A program made the position numbers and the translations under genes. Positions 7,798 through 15,358 of a stretch of DNA of 38,733 nt are shown here, piece after piece. Each line of letters starts with the position of its first letter. Positions within the stretch are counted from its first letter, which is position 1. The notes under the pieces are model-generated. The model saw nothing but the letters and a program-made list of their open reading frames with translations, searched no databases and was not told the DNA's origin. The stretch comes from a virus (Duplodnaviria; Caudoviricetes). The stretch is taken from positions 1 to 38,733 of IMG/VR virus record IMGVR_UViG_3300026543_000020; one strand, written 5' to 3'.

Positions 7798-8031
7798 CTA
7801 ATTATTTAAAGGTCTTTTCTGCCAAACACTTACAGCATTTACTCTACTATCCCTCACAGGCCCTTCTGTTCCACAAAGAGTACAGCAACACCAATACATC
7901 CAATCATCTTGGACTAAAGCAATTTGGTCATCTGCACAAAACGGACAACGCAATATTTTCTTACCTTTAAGCTCAAATCTTGTCGGCTTGTTGTTTCTAC
8001 GCTTTATCAGCTCAACAGTCAGTTCGCTCAT
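7798..8031 (-). CDS. Lar-family restriction alleviation-like protein
   Basis: LRCPFC...C..CG.EGP...AV..W..R. Confidence 0.8.
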   Translation of the reverse strand: MSELTVELIKRRNNKPTRFELKGKKILRCPFCADDQIALVQDDWMYWCCCTLCGTEGPVRDSRVNAVSVWQKRPLNN

Positions 8032-8087
8032 CTTTCCCCTCTATTTTCATGCACCATTATAGCATATTTGTGTTATAATTGAATAAC

Positions 8088-8279
8088 TTACAGAAATTTA
8101 ACCGGTGATTTTATGCCCGAAACTCCCTGTTTAATGTATTGCACCTTACCGTTATTAGCTAAGAAATCCGCCGTTTGTTTAGCTATATCCTCGCTACTCC
8201 TAACCAGGTTCTTTTTCCTTACTAGCCGGTCGCCAATCTTCTCTACGCCGGCTGATCCGAATGTTGCGTGATAGTTCAT
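8088..8279 (-). CDS. SutA RNAP-binding-domain-like protein
   Basis: IAKQTADFLANNGKVQYI resembles SutA LARAMEEFLSRGGKVQEI. Confidence 0.65.
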   Translation of the reverse strand: MNYHATFGSAGVEKIGDRLVRKKNLVRSSEDIAKQTADFLANNGKVQYIKQGVSGIKSPVKFL

Positions 8280-8464
8280 GGTTTCTCCTTTTGCTCTGAT
8301 TTTATTTCTTTAACGGCGTAATAAATCACAGCTAAGAAATCAAAAAATGCCTTTATAGCAAGAACAGTTGCCAATGTTTTAAACTCGCAAAGATAAGCCA
8401 TAAAAGCACAGTTTATGGCCAACAACATTAATATTTCTTCTAGTTTACTTTCACTCATCCTCAT
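8276..8464 (-). CDS. small membrane protein
   Basis: two hydrophobic segments; GGAG RBS. Confidence 0.65.
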   Translation of the reverse strand: MRMSESKLEEILMLLAINCAFMAYLCEFKTLATVLAIKAFFDFLAVIYYAVKEIKSEQKEKP

Positions 8465-8506
8465 CTCTCCTCTTGTAGCATGACACCCATGCTATTGTTT
8501 TATTAC

Positions 8507-8734
8507 TCAAGTTCTGAACAGCCTCATTCCTTCAATGTCACTTAACACATCTTCCAGTGTTGGGGCTATAAAGTCAGCATAGTCTTTATACTTAAACGTC
8601 TGGTAATCCCTATATTCATCGTCACTATAGAAGAACCAAAAATCATTCTTGCGTGTTATAGCCCACTCTACAAAGTCTTGTATCGTAGTTATTTGAGTAC
8701 AGTTTTCTGGAAGTTCTTTTATTTTATCACTCAT
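8507..8734 (-). CDS. hypothetical protein
   Basis: ORF with GAGG RBS. Confidence 0.7.
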   Translation of the reverse strand: MSDKIKELPENCTQITTIQDFVEWAITRKNDFWFFYSDDEYRDYQTFKYKDYADFIAPTLEDVLSDIEGMRLFRT

Positions 8735-8766
8735 AATCTCACCTCATGCTTTTATCGGTTGCTCAG

Positions 8767-9174
8767 TTAAACTATCCTTCCATCTTCAATAAATGGCCGT
8801 TGCCACCATTTTGTGTATGTTTGCCACCAATAATCTACAGCCTCATCAAATATGTTACCAATCGAGCTGTAATCATTCTCAGCAACAGTTTTTAAAGGAT
8901 AATAGGTGTATTCCGAATATCTGTACCCAATACTCGTTTCTAAATGCTGCTTACCTTTCTTGTTCCAAAAGTGCAAGGTAGGCCATTTGCCCTGATTAAC
9001 AATAATACCCATAATTACTTCAACATCCTTATGTGTAGTTGCATATTGAACCGCATTTTCAAAACAACGGTAATTGAATAAGCCCTGAACCGGCTTGACC
9101 CCAACAGCTTCTTGGGTGTTGTATAGATGCTCACATATCCTAAGCTGTATTTTTTCTTTACCTTTACCCTTCAT
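8767..9174 (-). CDS. hypothetical protein
   Basis: 135-aa ORF with AGGAG RBS. Confidence 0.75.
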   Translation of the reverse strand: MKGKGKEKIQLRICEHLYNTQEAVGVKPVQGLFNYRCFENAVQYATTHKDVEVIMGIIVNQGKWPTLHFWNKKGKQHLETSIGYRYSEYTYYPLKTVAENDYSSIGNIFDEAVDYWWQTYTKWWQRPFIEDGRIV

Positions 9175-9358
9175 CTTCTTTCTCCTGTTTAAAAATATCC
9201 CTTGCTACATAGAACCCTACAAAAAAACTATCATACATATATCCTATATGGCCCTCCTGGTGCCAAGCGTCATGTGGAATATTATCTAAATTCATCTTCT
9301 TTATGGCTTTGTGGTATTTCTTCCATTCTTTCGCTGCTTTATCTTCATCACTCATCAC
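9164..9358 (-). CDS. hypothetical protein
   Basis: ORF with GAGG RBS, overlaps the next gene. Confidence 0.65.
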   Translation of the reverse strand: MMSDEDKAAKEWKKYHKAIKKMNLDNIPHDAWHQEGHIGYMYDSFFVGFYVARDIFKQEKEDEG

Positions 9359-9419
9359 TTTACCCTCATGCTTTTGTTTATTGTTGAGATATTCAAGACA
9401 AACAACTCCAACTCATATT

Positions 9420-9659
9420 TAAGACACAATAACCCCATTACCACGCCTTGGTAAACTATATGCTTACAAGGTCTTAACTGGTAACTAACCACGCCTCTCT
9501 TTCGAGAACTTCTAACAGCCTGTTACCAGCCAATCATTAGAAGTCAGGTCTCCAATTTAATAGAGCCAAAATGTGACCAAGTTGTCAGGGGTAAGACATT
9601 GCTTGGATTTTCTACACGCAATTAACGTTTGCCGGATGTATAACCGTTAACGAGGCGTG
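9420..9659 (-). ncRNA. run of hairpins plus a possible pseudoknot
   Basis: CTGGTAAC/GTTACCAG crossed with ACTTCTAA/TTAGAAGT; TCTC-GAAA-GAGA tetraloop; further hairpins CCAAG/CTTGG, CACGC/GCGTG, TAAGAC/GTCTTA. Confidence 0.5.
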
Positions 9660-9660
9660 A

Positions 9661-9816
9661 TAATCTGCATTAAAGAGAGCAAGCCTTATAGTGATTGTAA
9701 GTGGAATTGAACCACTCCTACCCATCAATCATTTGCCGTTTGAGCGTTAACTCTCTCCAGGCTATGCTGCGCAGCGCTCTATAAGTTTTGCTGCTTGCTC
9801 TCTTTAATACAGACTA
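9661..9816 (-). ncRNA. structured RNA cassette with an isolated T-arm
   Basis: 24-bp closing stem (9661-9684/9793-9816, two G-U); interior GAGTGG-TTCAATT-CCACTT T-loop hairpin. Confidence 0.7.
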
Positions 9817-9817
9817 T

Positions 9818-9959
9818 GTAATCTAGATAAGAAGTGATGCTAGACAGGATTCGAACCTATGACCAGCTAGCTGTCGCCGCCGCTCTACCAACCCTACCGG
9901 GCGTCCAATTAAAAGGACATTTACACTGAGCTACTAACACCACTTACTATCTAGACTAC
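9818..9959 (-). ncRNA. tRNA-like RNA (body 9837-9940) in an extended stem; not a canonical tRNA
   Basis: 7-bp acceptor, TA-GCTC/GAGC D-stem, ATAGG-TTCGAAT-CCTGT T-arm; 42-nt D-loop; anticodon arm lacks a 7-nt loop; no encoded CCA. Confidence 0.8.
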
Positions 9960-10044
9960 TATGGAAGGACTTTAAGAAGGGTTTGTGTCTGATTTAGATT
10001 ACACAATATTGCTTGTGTATGTTATTTCTCTATCTATCATCCAC

Positions 10045-10181
10045 AAAAAAGGGCTATCTAATAAACAAGCCCTAACAGTTGGGGTGAGTTAACAGACTTG
10101 GTAGTATTTTACCTTACCTGCTAAAACTCGTTTATTACATAACCCTCACTGTTAACTCTTCTAAAGCGCTACCACACGCCT
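10045..10181 (-). ncRNA. leader RNA with alternative helices and a terminator (attenuator-like)
   Basis: 10050-10069 pairs with 10127-10146 (17/20 Watson-Crick); GAGTTAACAG/CTGTTAACTC crosses it; AGGGCT...AGCCCT then T-run. Confidence 0.65.
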
Positions 10182-10187
10182 GCGATC

Positions 10188-10217
10188 ATTATACAGCACC
10201 CTCCTTATCATTTGCAA
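10188..10217 (-). promoter_or_regulatory. sigma70-like promoter reading into the ncRNA region
   Basis: TTGCAA-18 nt-TATAAT. Confidence 0.7.
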
Positions 10218-10629
10218 GCTTGTCTGTTATACATTCTTTGTTGAGAATTAATACGCTTTCACAATCCCATCCATATAATCCTTTAGGATCGGAATACCGA
10301 GTCTCTTTCTCGCCTTTCACTGTTAGATGAACTGCATCATATCCGCAAGCAATTAGCGCTTCGAATAAAACACCATGGTTATCAACCCAAGGCAACAGCA
10401 ACATATCCTCGTAACTATCTATTTTAAATACATTTCCTTTGAATTTTATGGTAAAATTACTATCTGTATCGCCCCATTTATTATCGTCAGCCCATTCTTT
10501 CCATCCGTATTCGGAACCAACGGGGCTAGTCCATAACCCACCATTAGGCTTTTTGTAGTAATGTATATCTGATATTGGCGTAAACAACTCAGGATCATAT
10601 TCCGAAGCACCATAATGTATTAATTCCAT
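10189..10629 (-). CDS. conserved phage protein, possible ADP-ribosyltransferase-like fold
   Basis: IHYG, GGLWTSP, GYDAV and WDCESVLILN motifs. Confidence 0.6.
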   Translation of the reverse strand: MELIHYGASEYDPELFTPISDIHYYKKPNGGLWTSPVGSEYGWKEWADDNKWGDTDSNFTIKFKGNVFKIDSYEDMLLLPWVDNHGVLFEALIACGYDAVHLTVKGEKETRYSDPKGLYGWDCESVLILNKECITDKLANDKEGAV

Positions 10630-10658
10630 AACCGCTCCTTATCTAATGTATGTTATAC

Positions 10659-10793
10659 TTAACCTTTAAAACCAGCGATAAAAGTACCCCAGGCGAACCC
10701 GTATAAAGCAAAGAGCGCGGGTGATGAAAACCCAAAATAGTAATCAAGAATAAAGCCACCAACTGCAAAACAAAAAATAAATAAAGTACTCAT
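10659..10793 (-). CDS. small membrane protein (44 aa)
   Basis: MSTLFIFCFAVGGFIL...; ATGA-coupled. Confidence 0.55.
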   Translation of the reverse strand: MSTLFIFCFAVGGFILDYYFGFSSPALFALYGFAWGTFIAGFKG

Positions 10794-10972
10794 AACGACC
10801 TCTGAATCAAATCACTCTTATCTATAACCTTGCACTTGATGACTTGATCCGATATGAATTCATAATAACCCTTCTCATTACAGGCACCTATAACAAATGA
10901 ATGCGTTACTAAACTTACAGAAATTGATAATATAATTACAATACACCCTAAACATAAATTATCGTAAGTCAT
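10790..10972 (-). CDS. membrane-anchored hypothetical protein
   Basis: start at MTYDNL with GGGG RBS; N-terminal hydrophobic helix. Confidence 0.6.
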   Translation of the reverse strand: MTYDNLCLGCIVIILSISVSLVTHSFVIGACNEKGYYEFISDQVIKCKVIDKSDLIQRSL

Positions 10973-11073
10973 CTCAAACCCCCACTTTAAAGTAATAAAC
11001 ACCCTTTCCAGGCCTACAACTTGTATAAACGGTAAGCCCCATCTCTCTTAATTGATTCATAGCGCTTGTCCAG

Positions 11074-11271
11074 TTAGTTGCTGTTATCTCGATTTTCATC
11101 TTTTATCCCTAATTTTTCGTTAATTACATTAATAGCAGCCACTACTTTATTATGTTCAACTACTAATATTTCGAAATTCCTTCTGGTTGTCTCGGGGACA
11201 CCTCTCATATTGTAACCATCTGGTATTTGTATTACATCTGGAAAATCCCAATCGGTTAATTCTTTTAGCAT
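11074..11271 (-). CDS. hypothetical protein
   Basis: TAATG-coupled ORF. Confidence 0.7.
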   Translation of the reverse strand: MLKELTDWDFPDVIQIPDGYNMRGVPETTRRNFEILVVEHNKVVAAINVINEKLGIKDENRDNSN

Positions 11272-11582
11272 TATCCTTCCCCCAATGTGTTAATATAAGC
11301 CTTACAGATTGCTTCTTGTATGGTGTCTGCCATTTCATCTGCCAAATATTTATCATCATGCCCATCAACAGTACATCTGAATCTATCAGTTTCCGTCAAC
11401 CAATCGTCAATAGTTACACCAGCGCAATCACTTTTAACCAAAGCCTCAAGCACTAAGCCGGTATCACTCCAGTTGTTTACCGGGTCGAATTTACGCATAG
11501 ATTCATCTAACATCAAAAAATTATCTCGCAAATGAATAACCCCTTCTAACCCCAAGCTCTCTGCTATTTTCTTAATGTCCAT
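11271..11582 (-). CDS. NinX/phage ABA-sandwich-like protein
   Basis: FDPVNNWSDTGLVLE...AICKAY. Confidence 0.6.
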   Translation of the reverse strand: MDIKKIAESLGLEGVIHLRDNFLMLDESMRKFDPVNNWSDTGLVLEALVKSDCAGVTIDDWLTETDRFRCTVDGHDDKYLADEMADTIQEAICKAYINTLGEG

Positions 11583-11785
11583 TACAATTCCCCCAAATCT
11601 TTAATTATTAAATCTAACACTTCAATACAATCATCCTGACCCTCTATCCTACATCTAGTATAGGTTGCAGACTTCTGAAAACCGTTATCTAAGTCACTAA
11701 CTAAAACCTTTGCCAGTGCCATATGTTTCTTAGTGTGATCCTCTAAGAGCAGTTTGTACTTTGAGATTAATCCGCGCTTACTCAT
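11582..11785 (-). CDS. hypothetical protein
   Basis: coupled ORF. Confidence 0.7.
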   Translation of the reverse strand: MSKRGLISKYKLLLEDHTKKHMALAKVLVSDLDNGFQKSATYTRCRIEGQDDCIEVLDLIIKDLGEL

Positions 11786-12165
11786 TTGTCGTCCAGTGCT
11801 TCTAGTAGCTCAGGGTTTTCGTATATGTTTCCTATTACTTCAATATCATCGTTAAAATATGTTAACCCCGCTAAACTCTTATTTCTTGCTTGCCTTCCAA
11901 CAAAACCGCAATCATTAAATATAACTACGTATTTTATATTCTCATCTCCTTGATGATAAATATCACCCTCATAAATATCCTTACCATTCTTATCCTTCAG
12001 CCCGGTGAACTGCATATAAAGTAAATGGTTTTCTTTTGGGAACATAGAATTAACATTAACAAACCCGTCCATATCTCCATGAATATCACCACTATGCATT
12101 TCAGGCTCTAAATACATTCTTTCTCTGCTTGTATCCCAAGCTCTAAACTTAATTTGTCGCATCAC
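11782..12165 (-). CDS. YopX-family protein
   Basis: IKFRAWD, MQFTGLKDKNGKDIYEGDI, EVIGNIYENPELL. Confidence 0.93.
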   Translation of the reverse strand: MMRQIKFRAWDTSRERMYLEPEMHSGDIHGDMDGFVNVNSMFPKENHLLYMQFTGLKDKNGKDIYEGDIYHQGDENIKYVVIFNDCGFVGRQARNKSLAGLTYFNDDIEVIGNIYENPELLEALDDK

Positions 12166-12326
12166 TTTCCCCTTTTCTCAATATCTGCTTTCATTAGCCA
12201 ATAAGCGTCTTCTAAGGCTTCTGAGCGGTTTATATATTTAGTGTCTTCTAGCAGCTTTTCAGACAGATTCACGTTTGTACGGCGTTTACGGCTGTGAGGT
12301 GCTAGTTCTTGCTTGCGTTTAGTCAT
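12162..12326 (-). CDS. ribbon-helix-helix protein, CcdA-like
   Basis: KRRTNVNLSEKLLE...INRSEALE; start at MTKRK by ATGA coupling. Confidence 0.6.
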   Translation of the reverse strand: MTKRKQELAPHSRKRRTNVNLSEKLLEDTKYINRSEALEDAYWLMKADIEKRGK

Positions 12327-12490
12327 ACTGCACACATTTCCCATTTAACGGCTAATGATTTAGCTCTATTCGATCTCGGCAAGTGAAGGAAATTATAATT
12401 CTTACCGTGGTACCACTTATGCATACGGTATTTAATACGCAAATGAACATCTGCATCTTTTACCATCTGAATTTCTCTTTGACTTAACAT
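12323..12490 (-). CDS. hypothetical protein (55 aa), first gene of the leftward operon
   Basis: MLSQREIQMVKDAD...; AAGGGG RBS. Confidence 0.65.
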   Translation of the reverse strand: MLSQREIQMVKDADVHLRIKYRMHKWYHGKNYNFLHLPRSNRAKSLAVKWEMCAV

Positions 12491-12520
12491 ACTGTTCCCC
12501 TTAATTAGTTAATACACACC

Positions 12521-12577
12521 ATTGTACACACACCTTTACAATAAGCAAGCTTTAAATAAATTTAAACGTGGTATAAT
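12521..12577. promoter_or_regulatory. divergent promoters
   Basis: minus: TTGCTT-16-TACAAT (12548-12521); plus: extended -10 TGGTATAAT (12569-12577). Confidence 0.6.
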
Positions 12578-12690
12578 TGGCTTGATAAGAATAATATGAT
12601 TCGATACACGATTACGGCCAATACAGGAAAAGAGAGTCTCGCCCCCTTGATGATCTGAGTACTTGAGGCCATTTTTTTAAGGACAGAGGG

Positions 12691-12873
12691 ATGACCTTTA
12701 CCAGTTTTTATGATTTGGAATATCTGATAAAGCAGCTTAACGATCCTGAAGTTGATTTAATTGAATTACAGGAAAAGATGGAGGAAGCACTACACGCCTT
12801 CGTTATGGCATCATGTAAGAAGGAAATGGATGAACTAGGGATACTTTTTGAATATGGCGCGGTTGTGCACTGA
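12691..12873 (+). CDS. hypothetical protein
   Basis: ORF with RBS, coupled to the next gene. Confidence 0.65.
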   Translation: MTFTSFYDLEYLIKQLNDPEVDLIELQEKMEEALHAFVMASCKKEMDELGILFEYGAVVH

Positions 12874-13205
12874 TGGCTAAAACGCAAAAACAAAAGCTAA
12901 AAGATCAAAAGGAGCAGATCGACAAGTTAACAAATCAGGTGTCCAGGCTTAGCCAGCTAGCCCAAGTTCAGGATATTAGGGGTAAGAAAGACATAGAGCA
13001 TAAGGAAATGCTAATAGAATTTTTTGCTACAATATTGGAAGAGAGCCCTCAAGATATATATGCTACATACACCACTGAAGAAGGACACATCCACACTCTA
13101 ACCACTAATGAGGATGAAAACATTCCGCATCAGCTTGGGATGCAAGTTTTAGCACTTTTAGACACCTACACGAAATACCGCGAGCAGTACGAGTTTGACG
13201 AATAG
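12873..13205 (+). CDS. hypothetical protein
   Basis: 110-aa ORF. Confidence 0.75.
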   Translation: MAKTQKQKLKDQKEQIDKLTNQVSRLSQLAQVQDIRGKKDIEHKEMLIEFFATILEESPQDIYATYTTEEGHIHTLTTNEDENIPHQLGMQVLALLDTYTKYREQYEFDE

Positions 13206-13251
13206 CCCAAATCATATACTTATGTTATATTCATAGTGTGTAGGGTTCATT

Positions 13252-14829
13252 ATGAAAAAGATAAACAGCCCTGGCGGGTCTGGTAGGGGACGTAAAGGTG
13301 TAATAATTAACGACGAGATACCGCGTCCTGATTGCCATGAATGCGGCGCGTTTATGCGCTCACATACTCGCGACTGGCTATGTACTGAATGCGGGGCTTG
13401 TGTACTAAAGATAAACAAAGACGAGTCCATAAAATCCTATAATGAAACACTGGGATTTGATCCAGATGAGGCTGAAAAACACGCTAAGAAATGCGCTAAG
13501 GGTAAACGGCTAATAATCACATCAGCCCAAAACAACTCAGAAGTTGACTATAAATTCCTTAAATCACTTAAACAGGCAGCTAAACACTATGACTGTGAGA
13601 TAGCTATTATCCCAAGCCACTATAGAAATGTGACGTTATGGGCAAAGGGTCACAGCAAGGAGTTTGACGAATCAATTAAGCCCTATCTGGTAAAGGGCGA
13701 AATTCAGTTTAATAATATTAAAATCAAGTCAGATGTAAGAATTCAACCGACAGCAGTAAATCCATTAAGCGGCAAGCAAAGTCACGGCGGGTCTGATTGG
13801 TTAATTTTTGGCCACCCTCAATTATGTAGAGATCCTATAGCAACCCCTGGCGAACAGTTCCCCAAACTCATGTTAACCACAGGATCAGTTACTTTACCAA
13901 ACTACACGGTGAGTGATGCAGGTGAAAAAGGTAAGCACCACCACTGCAACTCTGCTCTAATTCTTGAAAAGCATAAAGATTTTACCTTTACGCGCCAGCT
14001 ATCGGCAGATGATAACGGCGGGTTCTATGATTTAGACCTGCACTTCACCCCAAGTAGCGCGACAAACGGCCATAAGGTCGAAGTATTGACCCCTGGAGAC
14101 GAGCATATAAAGTTTAATACCGTAGAAAAGACCACATACGGAAAAGGCGGGATATGCGACCTGCTTAAGCCTAAGTATATTGTTAGGCACGACGTTTTAG
14201 ACGGGTACGCTGGAAGCCACCACCATTTAAAAGACCCTATGCGTCAATTTATCAAGTATCATTCAGGCGATAACGATTACAGAAAAGAACTAGATGAGGT
14301 AGTAGAGTTTATTAACAGAACCACCCCTGATTATGCAACGACTTTGATAGTCCCAAGCAACCACCACGACCATTTAAAACAATTCTTAGACAAAGCCGAC
14401 GCTAACAAAGACCACACGAACAGCATATTTATATCTGAAATGCAGTTAGCAATGCGATTAGCTGCCTTAGCTGACTCAGATTACGACCCTTTTTACTTAT
14501 ACTGTAAAGACAAACTAAGCTGTAAGAGCGAATTCCTAAGCCGTAACGAACCGTTTTATATACATGACGTAGATCATGCCCAACATGGAGATGTAGGCAC
14601 AGACGGCAGTAGGGGAAGCGCTAGGAACCTAGCCAAGACCCCGGACAAGATGACGATAGGACACACCCATTCTGCTAGGATATTTCAGGGGGTTTATCAG
14701 GTCGGTGTTTCAACCGATAGACTAGAATATGCAAGAGGATTAAGCTCTTGGAGCAACACCCATGTGATACAATACAAGGATGGTAAACGGGCCTTGATAG
14801 ATATTTACAATAAGAGGTTTAAAGCTTAA
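13252..14829 (+). CDS. T5 A1-like protein (calcineurin-like metallophosphoesterase/nuclease) with an N-terminal zinc ribbon
   Basis: IITSAQNN, GDEH, HDVLD, SNHHD, HGD.G..GSRGS and GHTHS motifs; N-terminal CxxC/CxxC. Confidence 0.8.
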   Translation: MKKINSPGGSGRGRKGVIINDEIPRPDCHECGAFMRSHTRDWLCTECGACVLKINKDESIKSYNETLGFDPDEAEKHAKKCAKGKRLIITSAQNNSEVDYKFLKSLKQAAKHYDCEIAIIPSHYRNVTLWAKGHSKEFDESIKPYLVKGEIQFNNIKIKSDVRIQPTAVNPLSGKQSHGGSDWLIFGHPQLCRDPIATPGEQFPKLMLTTGSVTLPNYTVSDAGEKGKHHHCNSALILEKHKDFTFTRQLSADDNGGFYDLDLHFTPSSATNGHKVEVLTPGDEHIKFNTVEKTTYGKGGICDLLKPKYIVRHDVLDGYAGSHHHLKDPMRQFIKYHSGDNDYRKELDEVVEFINRTTPDYATTLIVPSNHHDHLKQFLDKADANKDHTNSIFISEMQLAMRLAALADSDYDPFYLYCKDKLSCKSEFLSRNEPFYIHDVDHAQHGDVGTDGSRGSARNLAKTPDKMTIGHTHSARIFQGVYQVGVSTDRLEYARGLSSWSNTHVIQYKDGKRALIDIYNKRFKA

Positions 14830-15016
14830 CCGCCATCTCAGCCAAGGTTTTAGGACTGGCATTCGCCTTCATAGCAAGGGCAAGCAGATCAAGCTTATTT
14901 TGAAGCCCGCAAATTTTATCTTTCTGAAGCGTATAAGAAGCCGCTAAGTGTTTAAGCTTAGGGAGGGATAGTACTTTATTCTGCTCTATATCTGAGATTA
15001 GAGATTCTGTGTTCAT
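14819..15016 (-). CDS. hypothetical protein
   Basis: isolated ORF with an upstream -10-like box. Confidence 0.5.
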   Translation of the reverse strand: MNTESLISDIEQNKVLSLPKLKHLAASYTLQKDKICGLQNKLDLLALAMKANASPKTLAEMAVKL

Positions 15017-15104
15017 TGTTTTCTAGCTGCATATGTAATATCATGGATTGAGTATACCATTTCTAATCAAAAAGGCTAATTATGTCGCCCGATGCTAATT
15101 TCTA

Positions 15105-15311
15105 ATGAATATTGACAGCATGCCAGTGCAAGGAACAGCAGCAGGCACGGCTATAGCCTCGACTACGACTGATTATTGGTTTGACCCCTACTGGTCAAAT
15201 TTCTACCATATACTCCCCTTCGCCGAATTGGCACAAGTAGCAGCTGTAGCAGTAATCACATACGGCGCAATCAAATGGGCTAAGGCTCAAGCAAAGAAAT
15301 ACGTTAAATAA
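15105..15311 (+). CDS. small membrane protein, possibly holin-like
   Basis: hydrophobic helix and basic C-terminal tail. Confidence 0.5.
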   Translation: MNIDSMPVQGTAAGTAIASTTTDYWFDPYWSNFYHILPFAELAQVAAVAVITYGAIKWAKAQAKKYVK

Positions 15312-15323
15312 TATAAATCCCGC

Positions 15324-15352
15324 TTGCAATAATCCAATCCTTAGTTTAATAT
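15324..15352 (+). promoter_or_regulatory. sigma70-like promoter of the long rightward operon
   Basis: TTGCAA-17 nt-TAATAT. Confidence 0.7.
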
Positions 15353-15358
15353 AGGTCT

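Noticed and set aside
9478-9545. HDV-like/theta, hammerhead or pistol ribozyme
   Set aside because: The crossed-helix topology is suggestive, but I could not find P3/L3, the CUGANGA core or the pistol consensus
9837-9940. Functional tRNA gene or intron-containing tRNA
   Set aside because: No 7-nt anticodon loop; the 34-nt insert is too short for a self-splicing intron and shows no clear bulge-helix-bulge
9388-10188. CRISPR or mini-CRISPR array
   Set aside because: Repeats are inverted stems, not regularly spaced direct repeats; no cas genes
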